Assembly (NCBI GenBank): GCA_048884965.1
Contig: JBHLQH010000007.1
Coordinates: forward strand, 32,001-96,000
DNA length: 64,000 nucleotides
Direction of reading: 5' to 3'
DNA from: Candidatus Thorarchaeota archaeon
GTDB lineage: Archaea; Asgardarchaeota; Thorarchaeia; Thorarchaeales; Thorarchaeaceae
In this document: piece after piece, positions 31,760 to 41,691 of the stretch
Numbering within the stretch: the first letter of the stretch is position 1
Layout of the letters: every line of letters begins with the position of its first letter
Notes under the pieces: generated by a model
The model's input: the letters and a program-made list of their open reading frames with translations, nothing else
The model's database searches: none
Told to the model about the DNA's origin: nothing
Translations under genes and position numbers: made by a program

Positions 31760-32567
31760 AGAAGGGGATTTCTGCTAGACCATCAAGCATCGTGAGGGTC
31801 CTATTGTGAAAAGATGTTTCCATTGCAATCTTCTTTCTCATCTGTGCGATGGCATTCTTACTTGGTTTTAGCCTAAATGGAATGATAGCTTCCATAAAGA
31901 CAAGTCCTTCAGGTGGAGCAGGTTCGATTCCGCCAGTAATTACATCTTCCCCGTCCAATATCTTGAGAATGCTTTCAGGCGAATAATGGCCAGCTCCAAT
32001 CGTTACAAGAAGGGTTACTATCTTTCTCACAAGTTTCCAGAGAAAACTAACCCCATACACATCAATTATCAAGTTGGATCTATGGTCTGTTATGGATATA
32101 TTGAGTATTGTTGCAATTGTGTTACGACCATTGTCTGGCTTTGATAACAGCCTGTAGTTATGTGTCCCAATAAGATAGCTCCCAGCCTTTCTTATATCAT
32201 CATGATTCAAAACAAGTCCTACGGTACTCAAATAGTACCTATAATGTCTAGACAGAACTCCAAAACGAGGACTAAATTCTGAAGGTGCTTCGGCAAAAGC
32301 CCACAAGATTATATCATCGGGCAGATAGGAATTTATTTTGTCGAGATTTGGTGGTTTTTCTGATTCTAGATATATTATTTGACCAATGCTGCTGACTCCC
32401 TTATCTGTTCTTCCGGAGAAAGAAATCATATCTAGGGAGTATTGTTTTCCACTCCATTTTGACAATGCATCAATTAGTTCTCCTTGTATGGTTTGAACAG
32501 TAGGTTGCCATTGAGAGCCATAGTAATTTCTACCAAGATAGAATACTCTGATGATGTAAGATTTCAA
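31737..32567 (-). CDS. truA: tRNA pseudouridine(38-40) synthase TruA
   Basis: GSQWQP..TIQG, SGRTDKGV, RHYRY, FLWKLVR, PAPPEGL; TTG 32567 after AGGAG. Confidence 0.9.
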   Translation of the reverse strand: MKSYIIRVFYLGRNYYGSQWQPTVQTIQGELIDALSKWSGKQYSLDMISFSGRTDKGVSSIGQIIYLESEKPPNLDKINSYLPDDIILWAFAEAPSEFSPRFGVLSRHYRYYLSTVGLVLNHDDIRKAGSYLIGTHNYRLLSKPDNGRNTIATILNISITDHRSNLIIDVYGVSFLWKLVRKIVTLLVTIGAGHYSPESILKILDGEDVITGGIEPAPPEGLVFMEAIIPFRLKPSKNAIAQMRKKIAMETSFHNRTLTMLDGLAEIPFSIGKMFS

Positions 32568-32583
32568 AGGAAATTCTCCTTGG

Positions 32584-32868
32584 TCAAGAATGCCATAGCT
32601 CAAAGAAATTCTTAAGCGAACGAGCCCGCAAGTCTTCCACACGATATCTGTATATCTTTATCCTTCCAAATGTCTTCTCCTCGACCAAGCCAGATTCGAC
32701 TAGAGCTTTCAAGTGTGATTTTGTTGTATTGTGATTTAGTCCTACTCGTCTACATAGCTCTGATATATTCAATTCGCTTGATTCAGCCAATTCTTTCAGA
32801 ACCTTTACTCTACCTCTTGAAGAGAAGAGATCCTCTATTGGGATTCTTTGGTTGATATCGTTATTCAT
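32584..32868 (-). CDS. ArsR-like winged-helix protein downstream of cdc6
   Basis: LFSSRGRVKVL, LNISELCRRVGLN, EEKTFGRIKIY. Confidence 0.85.
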   Translation of the reverse strand: MNNDINQRIPIEDLFSSRGRVKVLKELAESSELNISELCRRVGLNHNTTKSHLKALVESGLVEEKTFGRIKIYRYRVEDLRARSLKNFFELWHS

Positions 32869-32871
32869 TAA

Positions 32872-34083
32872 TTATGGCCTTCTTTTATTCAGTGCATTGA
32901 GCAAGTATTGTTCCAGAAGCTCAGCTGGTACATCAGATATGCCTATCAAAGTGGTTTGACCTCTTTGACCAATACTTGAGCGTTTCGTATCGATAACACC
33001 ATGTGCATTCAAATCTTGAACCCATTCCCATACCTGAGTATGAGCCCGAGATTCAGATTCATATTCTTCACATACCGAATGATACATCTCTTCTACTTCT
33101 CCAATGGTCACATATGCGCTGCGTACTTCCTTTAGCTTTCGGGCCGTAGCTAGAAGCAGAAGCTGGTTTTGTTTTGATAGTTTATCTAGGATTTCAACTC
33201 TTAGCTCAGGATGCGTATCAGCTTTTGCTTTCCGAGCAAAATCGGGAATTATTACCTTAGATCTCAAGCTATCAGCCTGTTTCCCAGCTCTCCAGAGCAA
33301 TTCGATAGCATATCTTGCGTCCCCACGATCTGAAGCCATTTCGCATATCATCTGCAATGTTTCATTCATCACTGCACCATCCTCAAAAGCCATCTTGATA
33401 CGTTCATTCAGAATGTCTTCAAGTTGGGAGGCAGTATATGGCTCAAAACGTAGTATATTTCTCTGTAGGGTGCTAAGAGTGCTTGAGTCGAAGAGATTGT
33501 CATCAAGTGGTATTCTACGCCCAACTCCAATAATCGAAAGTCTTTGTTGTGCATTAAGTTGATCATCCATTAGTCGTGTGAGATTGTAAAGGATGTCACC
33601 ACCTTTCTGTCTGATGAAATAATCAAGTTCATCCAAGATTAGTAGAAGATACCGATCTTCTGATTCTAATACCTCTACTATCATTTGAAGTAATTCTTCA
33701 GGGGAATGACCTCGTCTGGGAAATTCAGGCTTGAATTTACGAAGAATTTTCAAATATACCAAATAGGAGCTTTTGTTGACTCTGCAATTGATATGTAATT
33801 TTTCAAATCGGAGATTTCGACCAGGTCTCCTTGCAGCAAGCTCCATTTGTTCTGCAAACCTTTTTGCAACAGCGGTCTTCCCTGTTCCCACAGGACCTTC
33901 AATAATGAATTTTTGGCTTGTTCGACCAGGAGAAGCTATAAGGGATTTGAAATTCTGTGCAAGTATTCGCAGCTCAGCTTCTCTATGAGGGAGACTCTCA
34001 GGTACATAATCGATAGAAAGATAGTGTTCGGACTTGAAGACGCTTTTTCTACTGAGTTCATCTTCTATATAATCCCGTGGCAT
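32872..34083 (-). CDS. cdc6: Cdc6/Orc1 replication initiator
   Basis: YVPESLPHRE, GPVGTGKT, HINC, LDELD, GDARYAI, C-terminal wHTH with GQRGQT wing. Confidence 0.96.
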   Translation of the reverse strand: MPRDYIEDELSRKSVFKSEHYLSIDYVPESLPHREAELRILAQNFKSLIASPGRTSQKFIIEGPVGTGKTAVAKRFAEQMELAARRPGRNLRFEKLHINCRVNKSSYLVYLKILRKFKPEFPRRGHSPEELLQMIVEVLESEDRYLLLILDELDYFIRQKGGDILYNLTRLMDDQLNAQQRLSIIGVGRRIPLDDNLFDSSTLSTLQRNILRFEPYTASQLEDILNERIKMAFEDGAVMNETLQMICEMASDRGDARYAIELLWRAGKQADSLRSKVIIPDFARKAKADTHPELRVEILDKLSKQNQLLLLATARKLKEVRSAYVTIGEVEEMYHSVCEEYESESRAHTQVWEWVQDLNAHGVIDTKRSSIGQRGQTTLIGISDVPAELLEQYLLNALNKRRP

Positions 34084-34297
34084 TCCAGACCAAAAGAAAT
34101 AGCACTTACGCGACTTAAAAGGATTTTGTGAGTTGTACGATTAATAATACATTTACGAGTAGAGGTGACCGAAAGTAATAGAGGCGAGCTCGTAACTCAA
34201 GATCCAAGTCATCGTCAATTTGACTCATCGGGGTCATGACATTCATCGCTCGCCAAAGATAAGATAAAATGCTATCTTAAATGTGCTGGGATGAATT

Positions 34298-34401
34298 TGG
34301 TGCGGCCACCGGGATTCGAATTCCCGCGAGATGCAATGCAACCTCGTCCCGGGTCGGAAGCTTGGGAAGCTCCCGTCCTAACCAAACTAGACTATGGCCG
34401 C
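34298..34401 (-). tRNA. tRNA-Gly(CCC) with 27-nt non-canonical intron at 53/54 (intron 34321-34347); CCA encoded
   Basis: Acceptor GCGGCCA/TGGCCGC, anticodon arm GGAGC-TTCCCAA-GCTTC; removing the insert restores CCGGG-TTCGAAT-CCCGG; BHB helix CCCG/CGGG. Confidence 0.92.
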
Positions 34402-34513
34402 TGTTTCAAAACGAATTATGCGATTGATAAAAGACTATCTATTTGTTTGTGGCTAGAAGTGCTGAATCTCAAATTTTATCTTGGAGATAGATAGCTCCGC
34501 AAACGATTATCAT

Positions 34514-35644
34514 ATGACCTCTTCAAAAAATGTGGAAGCACATTATTGGCAAGGAAACCAAGCCTGCGCAGAAGGTGCACTTGCAGCTGGATGCAGGTTT
34601 TTCGCTGGTTATCCAATTACTCCCGCATCTGAAATTGCTGAAATAATGTCGCAAGCACTTCCCAGAATTGGTGGAACTTATTTACAAATGGAAGATGAAA
34701 TTGCAGCTATATCAGCAATAATTGGTGCCTCATGGGGAGGCAAGCTCTCCATGACCGCAACATCAGGTCCTGGTTTTAGCTTAATGCAAGAAAACATTGG
34801 ATATGCAATTATGACTGAAACGCCTTGCGTAATTGTAGATGTTCAACGTGCAGGACCCAGTACAGGACAAGCAACAAAAGTAGCGCAAGGGGATTTCATG
34901 CAAGCAAAGTGGGGTACACATGGAGATCATGAAAGTGTTGTATTTGCACCCTATTCAGCTCAAGAAACTTACGAGCTTACTATCAAGGCCTTTGAAATCT
35001 CGGAGAGGTTAAGACATCCGGTCGTTATACTGTCCGATGAGATTGTTGCACATTCGAGAGAACGGGTGATTGTAGAAAGAACTCCAGATGCTCTTGTCAC
35101 TCGATCTTTTTCGAAAATTGGAGATCCTCCATATGGAGGCATAGACTCTGAAGGAAAGTCCTTAATGCCCAAATTCGGAGAAGGACACAACCTTTTGGTA
35201 ACAGGTTCTACCCATAATGAACAAGGGTTCAGAAAGACTTCGGACGCTACGACTCATGATAGTCTTATCAGAAGACTAAGTGCCAAAGTTCTCAATCAGA
35301 TTGATCTCCTTACAGATGTAGTGGTCAATGGACCTGATACTTCAGAATGGGGAGTGGTATCTTTTGGGAGTACTTCAAGATCTGTAGAGGAAGCCATGAT
35401 AGAGAGTAATACTTCTTTCAGATCTCTGAGATTACGAACTCTTTGGCCATTTCCTGATAAAGTCGTGAAAGATTTCTCCAAAACGGTTGATAAGTTACTT
35501 GTACCAGAGCTAAATCTGGGACAGCTTATCAATGAAGTATCTCGTGTTTCTTGCGATTCTGTTGAAGTTGTCCCATTGAATAAAATTGGTGGAGGATTGC
35601 TAATCGACCCTGAAGAGATAACTGGAATACTTGACAATAAATGA
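34514..35644 (+). CDS. 2-oxoacid:ferredoxin oxidoreductase alpha subunit (KorA-like)
   Basis: GNQACAEGA, AGYPITPASE, QMEDE, TATSGPG, QRAGPSTG, ELNLGQ. Confidence 0.93.
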   Translation: MTSSKNVEAHYWQGNQACAEGALAAGCRFFAGYPITPASEIAEIMSQALPRIGGTYLQMEDEIAAISAIIGASWGGKLSMTATSGPGFSLMQENIGYAIMTETPCVIVDVQRAGPSTGQATKVAQGDFMQAKWGTHGDHESVVFAPYSAQETYELTIKAFEISERLRHPVVILSDEIVAHSRERVIVERTPDALVTRSFSKIGDPPYGGIDSEGKSLMPKFGEGHNLLVTGSTHNEQGFRKTSDATTHDSLIRRLSAKVLNQIDLLTDVVVNGPDTSEWGVVSFGSTSRSVEEAMIESNTSFRSLRLRTLWPFPDKVVKDFSKTVDKLLVPELNLGQLINEVSRVSCDSVEVVPLNKIGGGLLIDPEEITGILDNK

Positions 35645-37926
35645 TGCGTTTCCAAGGCTGTCTGCACAATCATCTCACCATCAAGTTCGGTATTGATTGT
35701 TATCTGAAGTGATGTTCTAATCCAAATCATCAAACTGATTTCTATTCGATAGGATGTTGTATAGTTACCAGTTATGTCAATGTAAATCGCGTGCATTCCT
35801 GGTAGAAGCCATTCAGGAAGGATAATTGATTGAGGTAAACTAAGATTTGGAATATCCAAATCAGATACAAGGGAAGCGCTTACATTATCGAAAATCTGAA
35901 TATATGCAGAAGAAAGAGGTTGAAAAGTGTCATCATACACAGTTAACTCGAATAGGAATTGATTGCTGTAGAACGCTTGCGGATTATTGATTTCTGAGGT
36001 TATTGGAACAAGAATAGTAGTTTCGATTGCGAATGAGTGAACGAGTGTATAGTTCTCGTGTAGAATTTCTATCTCAATCGGATAGATTCCTTTTGGAACA
36101 CTGGAAGAAATATACAATGAGAGATTGTTCAATGTACCTACTAAAAGAGATGCTTGATCTAATATTTCCCCTGTGCTAAGCAGAAAATTGACAGTAATCA
36201 TATCGCTTATCCCTAGTTCAGACTCAATTGTAAGAGAAACATCCGAGTAGTTGCCTCGAACAAATACCCAACTAGAATTAGATGATGTGATCCAGAGTGG
36301 GTATTTAACATATACTTGGAATTGATCAGAAACCTCAGCAACAAAACATGTGTTTGGTTGTATCCTTATTGTGAGATTATTGTACCCTATAGGGGTGTCA
36401 TTTCCCACTGTCCATTCAATGAAAAGGAATCCAAATGAATCGGTACTGCCAATAGCTAATGTGTTGCCTTCTGAATCTTGAACTAAGACCGAGATGTTTG
36501 TGATTCGCAAGCCAGAAGGATCTTCAATTGAAATATTCAGGTATGATTGGTAGGCTCTTACAAATTCTGAGTAGTCATGAATTAGAATAGTTGGTTCAAA
36601 AACAATATCGATAGGAATGACTGAATTTGCATAAGAATAGAATGTAGAAGATTCAGCTGAGATTGAAACTGTTCCTGTTCCCCATTTGTCTTCTGGGATT
36701 TGAATACTACAGGATACCTGACCTGTCGAATTGGTCATTGCATAAAGAGAAAACTGCCATTCATTCAAGAAAATAGTGATGTTGATCGGGATGGAATCTA
36801 TCGGCTCTGCTTCTATCCAATCCTTAGCATTCACGTCAATTTTGAGCGAATAAGAGGGTAAAATTTGTTTCATACTTGCGGATATATTGAGTGTACGTGG
36901 TAGTACATCAACTACAAATGATTCCATGGCATCTTGGTATCCGTAATGTGAGGCTGTTACATTGACTTGATATTGTCCGGGAGTCGTTTGAAATGGAATG
37001 ATTCCTTCGTATTGTCCCACGATTGATTGTGCCAATATCCCATTACCGAAGGATGTCACCCAAGTTATATTACTGTCACTTATAGGTGCCATACTGCTAT
37101 CATTATGCTGAAATACTACATGAGCGTCTTCGTAAAACAAACCACTTGGCGTTTGACAGTAGAGATTCTCTACTGTATCGATTCTCGTTAATGTTGAGGG
37201 TTCTGAGTTGACCAGTAAGGGGAAGGTTTCTGAAAATGGAAGAAAAGCGTTGCTCCCGTTTCCACTAACCTGAATTGAATAGTCACCAGGTAGAAACGGG
37301 GTTTGATTCCAATGTTGAACTAAATTGCCACTAGGAGTTGTCGTGGTGATATTGGAAAAAACAAGATCATTTGTTGAGTTAAAAATCTCTATCAAAGAAG
37401 GCTCACTGGCTAGGGGAATGCTTTGATTGTACATGCTTGTGACTATAAAATCCAATGTTGCATTAGCATTCGTTTGAATAGAAAGTGGTCCGTTGGATTG
37501 GACCTGTAAATGGCCTCTAGTGATATTGACTTCAATTATCTCATTTATTCCCTGATAGTATTTATCGAAAATTTCGACATTCAACGATATTTGCGCAACA
37601 ACTGGGTCGGGATATGGAGAGGTATGTTCTGGGAGTATCGTATATTTCGAAGTAATAAGCCGAGTGTTTGGCGAAGGTGAGATAAAGAAACTGTCATCAT
37701 ATACTAACCCTTGATCCGTTGCAACCAAAAAGGAAACATGGCACCATCCTTCCTCGCTAAAATCTGCTACCAATTCTGTAACCATATTGATAGTTTCTCC
37801 AACCTCATATGTCATTTGATCCGTTTCGAAATATGAGAAATCAAAATACAATGCGGATACAGGTAGTGCGAAACCTAGGAATATTACGAATGACAATGTG
37901 ATAACTATTGATAGCCTTGGTTGCAT
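35296..37926 (-). CDS. Secreted/surface protein with multiple Ig-like beta repeats
   Basis: N-terminal signal peptide, repeated T..G / PG.Y.I.V beta motifs, many NxS/T sequons; last 349 nt overlap korA antisense. Confidence 0.8.
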   Translation of the reverse strand: MQPRLSIVITLSFVIFLGFALPVSALYFDFSYFETDQMTYEVGETINMVTELVADFSEEGWCHVSFLVATDQGLVYDDSFFISPSPNTRLITSKYTILPEHTSPYPDPVVAQISLNVEIFDKYYQGINEIIEVNITRGHLQVQSNGPLSIQTNANATLDFIVTSMYNQSIPLASEPSLIEIFNSTNDLVFSNITTTTPSGNLVQHWNQTPFLPGDYSIQVSGNGSNAFLPFSETFPLLVNSEPSTLTRIDTVENLYCQTPSGLFYEDAHVVFQHNDSSMAPISDSNITWVTSFGNGILAQSIVGQYEGIIPFQTTPGQYQVNVTASHYGYQDAMESFVVDVLPRTLNISASMKQILPSYSLKIDVNAKDWIEAEPIDSIPINITIFLNEWQFSLYAMTNSTGQVSCSIQIPEDKWGTGTVSISAESSTFYSYANSVIPIDIVFEPTILIHDYSEFVRAYQSYLNISIEDPSGLRITNISVLVQDSEGNTLAIGSTDSFGFLFIEWTVGNDTPIGYNNLTIRIQPNTCFVAEVSDQFQVYVKYPLWITSSNSSWVFVRGNYSDVSLTIESELGISDMITVNFLLSTGEILDQASLLVGTLNNLSLYISSSVPKGIYPIEIEILHENYTLVHSFAIETTILVPITSEINNPQAFYSNQFLFELTVYDDTFQPLSSAYIQIFDNVSASLVSDLDIPNLSLPQSIILPEWLLPGMHAIYIDITGNYTTSYRIEISLMIWIRTSLQITINTELDGEMIVQTALETHHLLSSIPVISSGSISNPPPILFNGTTSTESQETRDTSLISCPRFSSGTSNLSTVLEKSFTTLSGNGQRVRNLRDLKEVLLSIMASSTDLEVLPKDTTPHSEVSGPLTTTSVRRSI

Positions 37927-38033
37927 ATGCCCACCAGAAAGTTGTATTTACAGTGCCTAAAAAACACCCACGACTTTATCGACAGATTTAATTCAGCCGA
38001 CATTGGCACCTTGTAATAGGAGAAATTGAAAGA

Positions 38034-38402
38034 ATGCCTCTGCGTATCAAAGATGCTACGATAACTTCTATTGAAGATACTGAAACAAAGAAACTCAAGA
38101 TATTAAAAGCTGTATCAAAAGAAGAAGGAGTCACGCTCTCACTTGAAATGCCAGAAGCCCTTTGTGATCCCTTTCATGTAAAAGATACAATAGAGATTGT
38201 AATCGATTCTGAAGAGATTGTAAAAGGGGACAAAGCAAAGCTATACGCGGAAGGTACAGTTTTCAAAATGGATGATTCCTCCTCAAACCTATCAGTAGTT
38301 GCTGCTTTTGGAGGACTAAGATTGGTTTTGGAAATTGCATCACCAAAACCTGCGCAGAGAAAGATATTTGATTCACAGAAAGTTTTCTTGACTTTAGGCT
38401 AA
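38034..38402 (+). CDS. rpo8: RNA polymerase subunit Rpo8/RPB8
   Basis: OB-fold pattern, Y..G.VFK, FGGL.L signature; 122 aa. Confidence 0.78.
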   Translation: MPLRIKDATITSIEDTETKKLKILKAVSKEEGVTLSLEMPEALCDPFHVKDTIEIVIDSEEIVKGDKAKLYAEGTVFKMDDSSSNLSVVAAFGGLRLVLEIASPKPAQRKIFDSQKVFLTLG

Positions 38403-38564
38403 AGTTCGAAAATCAATGAATACTTTCGGCCATCTCACTATCTCACCATGCCCCATGTGACCCTATAGTAGACGTTATTGTTCATTGAGTGATACTGTGC
38501 AGTAGGTTTAGCATACATTTGGCTTCTGAAATCTAGTTAGGTGAAAATGTAATAGAATTACTGG

Positions 38565-39602
38565 GTGTGGTCATTGGTCGATGTATCAGTTCAACGAGAT
38601 TCATCTTCATTTTTGTGCCCGGAATGTTCGGGCAGTGTTGTAGCTAGCAGAGGATTTGTCGTCTGCTCAGAATGTGGAAATGTGGTAACAATAGAGTATG
38701 TTTCTCCAACTTATCAGATGGGCGAGGAGCATACTGAAGGTTCCCCAGAGGCAAGTGTTTACGGGTCCCTTGGAAATCGAATGCACATTGTTGATGGACT
38801 TGGCAGTTATATTGGCTTTCACAAGGATCGCTTCTTCAGAGATGCTAATGGACAGTCTCTTTCGGGTCCAATGCAGAAGAAGTTCAAGAGATTGAAAGGA
38901 GTATATAGTACAAGAGTGCGCATTGGAAAAGATGAAGCAAAGTATAGAGCATTGCGGACTCTTAACCATGTTTCGAAGCTGCTGATGCTAAATGAACAAG
39001 TAAGAGATCGGACGGCTTATCTCTATAAGAAAATTACAACCGAAACTCCAAACAAAGTGACAAATAATATACTCCTGATTGCCGTATGTCTTTTGATGGC
39101 AGTAAGGGAATTCAAGGAGGAAGCTCCAATAACTCTTGAGGAAATAGCTACTGTTTTTGAAAAGTGCGGACACCGTGTAAATGTGCGAGCTATTGTTAGA
39201 GAAGCACTTGAGCTAAGAGCCGTAACGGGTTATTCGCCTAAAATGAGAAAGCCTGAGGACTACGTGCCAAGGGTTCTTTCAATGCTAATGAATAGCTCAA
39301 AAGTCGTAAAGAAAGTCAAATCGCGAGGCTGGGCACCCCGAGATTATGAAAACGCACTCAGAAACAAAATCCTGTATGTTCTTGGTCTCATTCCTTCATC
39401 GAAACGGGGAGGTCGTAATCCTTTCATCTTTACTGTTTCTGCAGCATATGCAAGTGATCGCCTTCTGGCATCTGAACAGGGAAAGCGAGCGGTCTTGACA
39501 CAAAAACTTGCTTCGCAAGCAACAGAAGTTGCGGAATATAGTATTCGCGATCATTTTGGCATGATTAAAAATACGATTGAGCTGACAGTATCTACGCTAT
39601 GA
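38565..39602 (+). CDS. Divergent TFB/TFIIB-family transcription factor
   Basis: Zn ribbon CPEC...CSECG, GLGSYIG linker, two cyclin-like repeats (GRNP...LTQK.....VAEYSIRDH). Confidence 0.82.
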   Translation: MWSLVDVSVQRDSSSFLCPECSGSVVASRGFVVCSECGNVVTIEYVSPTYQMGEEHTEGSPEASVYGSLGNRMHIVDGLGSYIGFHKDRFFRDANGQSLSGPMQKKFKRLKGVYSTRVRIGKDEAKYRALRTLNHVSKLLMLNEQVRDRTAYLYKKITTETPNKVTNNILLIAVCLLMAVREFKEEAPITLEEIATVFEKCGHRVNVRAIVREALELRAVTGYSPKMRKPEDYVPRVLSMLMNSSKVVKKVKSRGWAPRDYENALRNKILYVLGLIPSSKRGGRNPFIFTVSAAYASDRLLASEQGKRAVLTQKLASQATEVAEYSIRDHFGMIKNTIELTVSTL

Positions 39603-39615
39603 ACAGGCAAATGAG

Positions 39616-41289
39616 TTGAAAGAATTGATTGGTGCCGAACCAAATGGAACAAGACCTCATGTGATAGTGTGCCCAGACAATGAATGCAATGATTGTAAGG
39701 GAAATTTGGTTCCAGAGAGATGTGGAAAAGTTCGATTGGAATCAGATAGAAAGATGATTATCATTGAGCCTATGAAGAAGATGATTCATCTTAGGCATGC
39801 TTTACTGGATTGTGATGGTATTGAGTCAAAGTCTAAGATGATTGAGTCTGTATTCATTGAAGAGTTTGACCAAGTAGAAAGCTGGAAAGATCTTGTTGAA
39901 GCTTATGCTATTGGTTCGTATCTTTCGCTCTATTTCAAAGGCAGAAGGGATAATTCTATACAACACATTTCCTTTCCACGTGTGCGAACCTCTCTCGAGT
40001 ATTCTTTAATCGAAGAGATGAACAATCAATACCTCAAATCCTTCAAGAATGGTAACTTGAGAAGAACAACCTTTCAAGGTAGATTGGAAACAAGTAGTAA
40101 CTGGATTGCTCAAGAAATCTCTAATTCGTTGCCAGAACTGAATTCGACTACAATACGTGTGATTGCTGATTTTGTTACCCACAAAAATACTCCAATTAGT
40201 GGAATGTTTCCATTGATTCTTGATGAATGTGTAGAAGAAATTTATCTGGATCGACCTGGAGAACAAGTATACTTCGATCATTCGAAATTTGGCAGAGTTC
40301 AAACCAATTTCCAGATGAATGATGATGAAGTTTTGAAGTTGACTACCTTGCTACGCGCTGAAAGTAACTTGCATCTAGATAGGAAAAATCCATCTTTGAA
40401 AACAGATTTGGTTCTTTATGATGTTCCACTTAGATTTTCAACTAGTATGCCCCCTCTATCACCTGATGGAATGAATTTAGAAATAAGAAGGGCGAGGGTG
40501 AAACCGTTTACGATTTTTGATTTAGTTCAAAACGGGACTTTAAGCTATAAGGCAGCTGCCCTTCTCATTCTTTCAATAAACTCAAGGCTAAATATTACAA
40601 TCACAGGAGAGCCGGGAACAGGAAAAACTACTCTTATGAATGCGTTGGACTTCACAACTCCAGAAATATGGAGAAAAATCTACATTGAAGATGTTCTTGA
40701 AAGTAGAATGATTGAAGGTAATCACCAAGTGAGATTTAGAGTGACTCCACTAGATGAGAATACAAGTATGTTGGATAAATCAACTGAGATTATCAAATGT
40801 CTTCATCGATCACCAGACTATCTGATTCTAGGGGAGATTCAAACTATTGAACACAGTCGTGCATTATTCCAGTCTATTGTTGCAGGACTTCGTTCAATAC
40901 AAACATGTCACAGTAGTTCACCCTCTAGTCTTGTCACCCGTTGGGTGGTTGAACATCATGTCAGCACATCAAGTCTTGCATTGATGGACCTCATAGTTTC
41001 ATTGAAAAAACCAAATCCTGGAGCTTCAGAAAGGTTCGTAGATAGAATCGCAGAGGTGTGCAGAAAAGAAGAATCAGGGCTAACAGAGTTCACAGGCTTG
41101 AATGTCATCTATGATTCTAATAATCCTGAAGAATTAGGAGAGCCAGCAACTAACGGAATGTTTCAATCTTTGGAATTCAAAGAAACAATCAATAGTATAG
41201 TTGGGAAACTCAAGTCATTTGAATACTCAAGTGAAAACAGTATGAATTGGATGGAACTAGATGATACTTCAATGTCTCCCTTCGTTTGA
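39616..41289 (+). CDS. Type II/IV secretion ATPase (TadA/CpaF/VirB11 family)
   Basis: EEIYLD, GEPGTGKTT, IEDVLE, LHRSPDYLILGEI, TCHS; Cys-rich N-terminus. Confidence 0.88.
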   Translation: MKELIGAEPNGTRPHVIVCPDNECNDCKGNLVPERCGKVRLESDRKMIIIEPMKKMIHLRHALLDCDGIESKSKMIESVFIEEFDQVESWKDLVEAYAIGSYLSLYFKGRRDNSIQHISFPRVRTSLEYSLIEEMNNQYLKSFKNGNLRRTTFQGRLETSSNWIAQEISNSLPELNSTTIRVIADFVTHKNTPISGMFPLILDECVEEIYLDRPGEQVYFDHSKFGRVQTNFQMNDDEVLKLTTLLRAESNLHLDRKNPSLKTDLVLYDVPLRFSTSMPPLSPDGMNLEIRRARVKPFTIFDLVQNGTLSYKAAALLILSINSRLNITITGEPGTGKTTLMNALDFTTPEIWRKIYIEDVLESRMIEGNHQVRFRVTPLDENTSMLDKSTEIIKCLHRSPDYLILGEIQTIEHSRALFQSIVAGLRSIQTCHSSSPSSLVTRWVVEHHVSTSSLALMDLIVSLKKPNPGASERFVDRIAEVCRKEESGLTEFTGLNVIYDSNNPEELGEPATNGMFQSLEFKETINSIVGKLKSFEYSSENSMNWMELDDTSMSPFV

Positions 41290-41377
41290 TGGTTCAAAGA
41301 TACCAGAAATCTTGAGAACGGATATCCTGTGGGGGCTTAAATACTCTGAATAGAATCTTAATACAAGGTGTGGTATA

Positions 41378-41581
41378 GTGACTGAATTCCCTTCGATTGT
41401 AAAAGATGAAAATGGAGGCCCACTTGTTGAAGAGAGCCTATTATTAGGACTTGCAGTGGTTACGATTTCCATTGTAATTGCAGTTATACTTCAAGCAACT
41501 GGGTGGGCTCAGGAAGTCATTGCAGGGCTGCTTCAGATTTTGGAAGATAGTTGGAGTGGATTGACAAATCTATTTCCATAG
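41378..41581 (+). CDS. Flp/type IV-like pilin
   Basis: Class III signal DENG|GPLVEE followed by a hydrophobic helix; 67 aa; follows the ATPase. Confidence 0.7.
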   Translation: MTEFPSIVKDENGGPLVEESLLLGLAVVTISIVIAVILQATGWAQEVIAGLLQILEDSWSGLTNLFP

Positions 41582-41691
41582 GATTTTGCTTCAATTACTG
41601 GCAGTCTATTTTTGATCTATCGTAGTACTGTGGGAAAACCTTATTTGTCAACTCAAATGGTGCTGTGATGCTCCGGACTGGTTCACAATTC

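Noticed and set aside
24442-34083. Inteins in Hel308, MCM, RFC or Cdc6
   Set aside because: Lengths are normal and ATPase motifs are contiguous
34083-34100. Mini-ORB (TTCCAGAC) at the cdc6 start
   Set aside because: Lacks the GGAAA half and the G-string
34291-34494. 67-aa ORF (likewise 41648-41857)
   Set aside because: Antisense to tRNA genes; spurious
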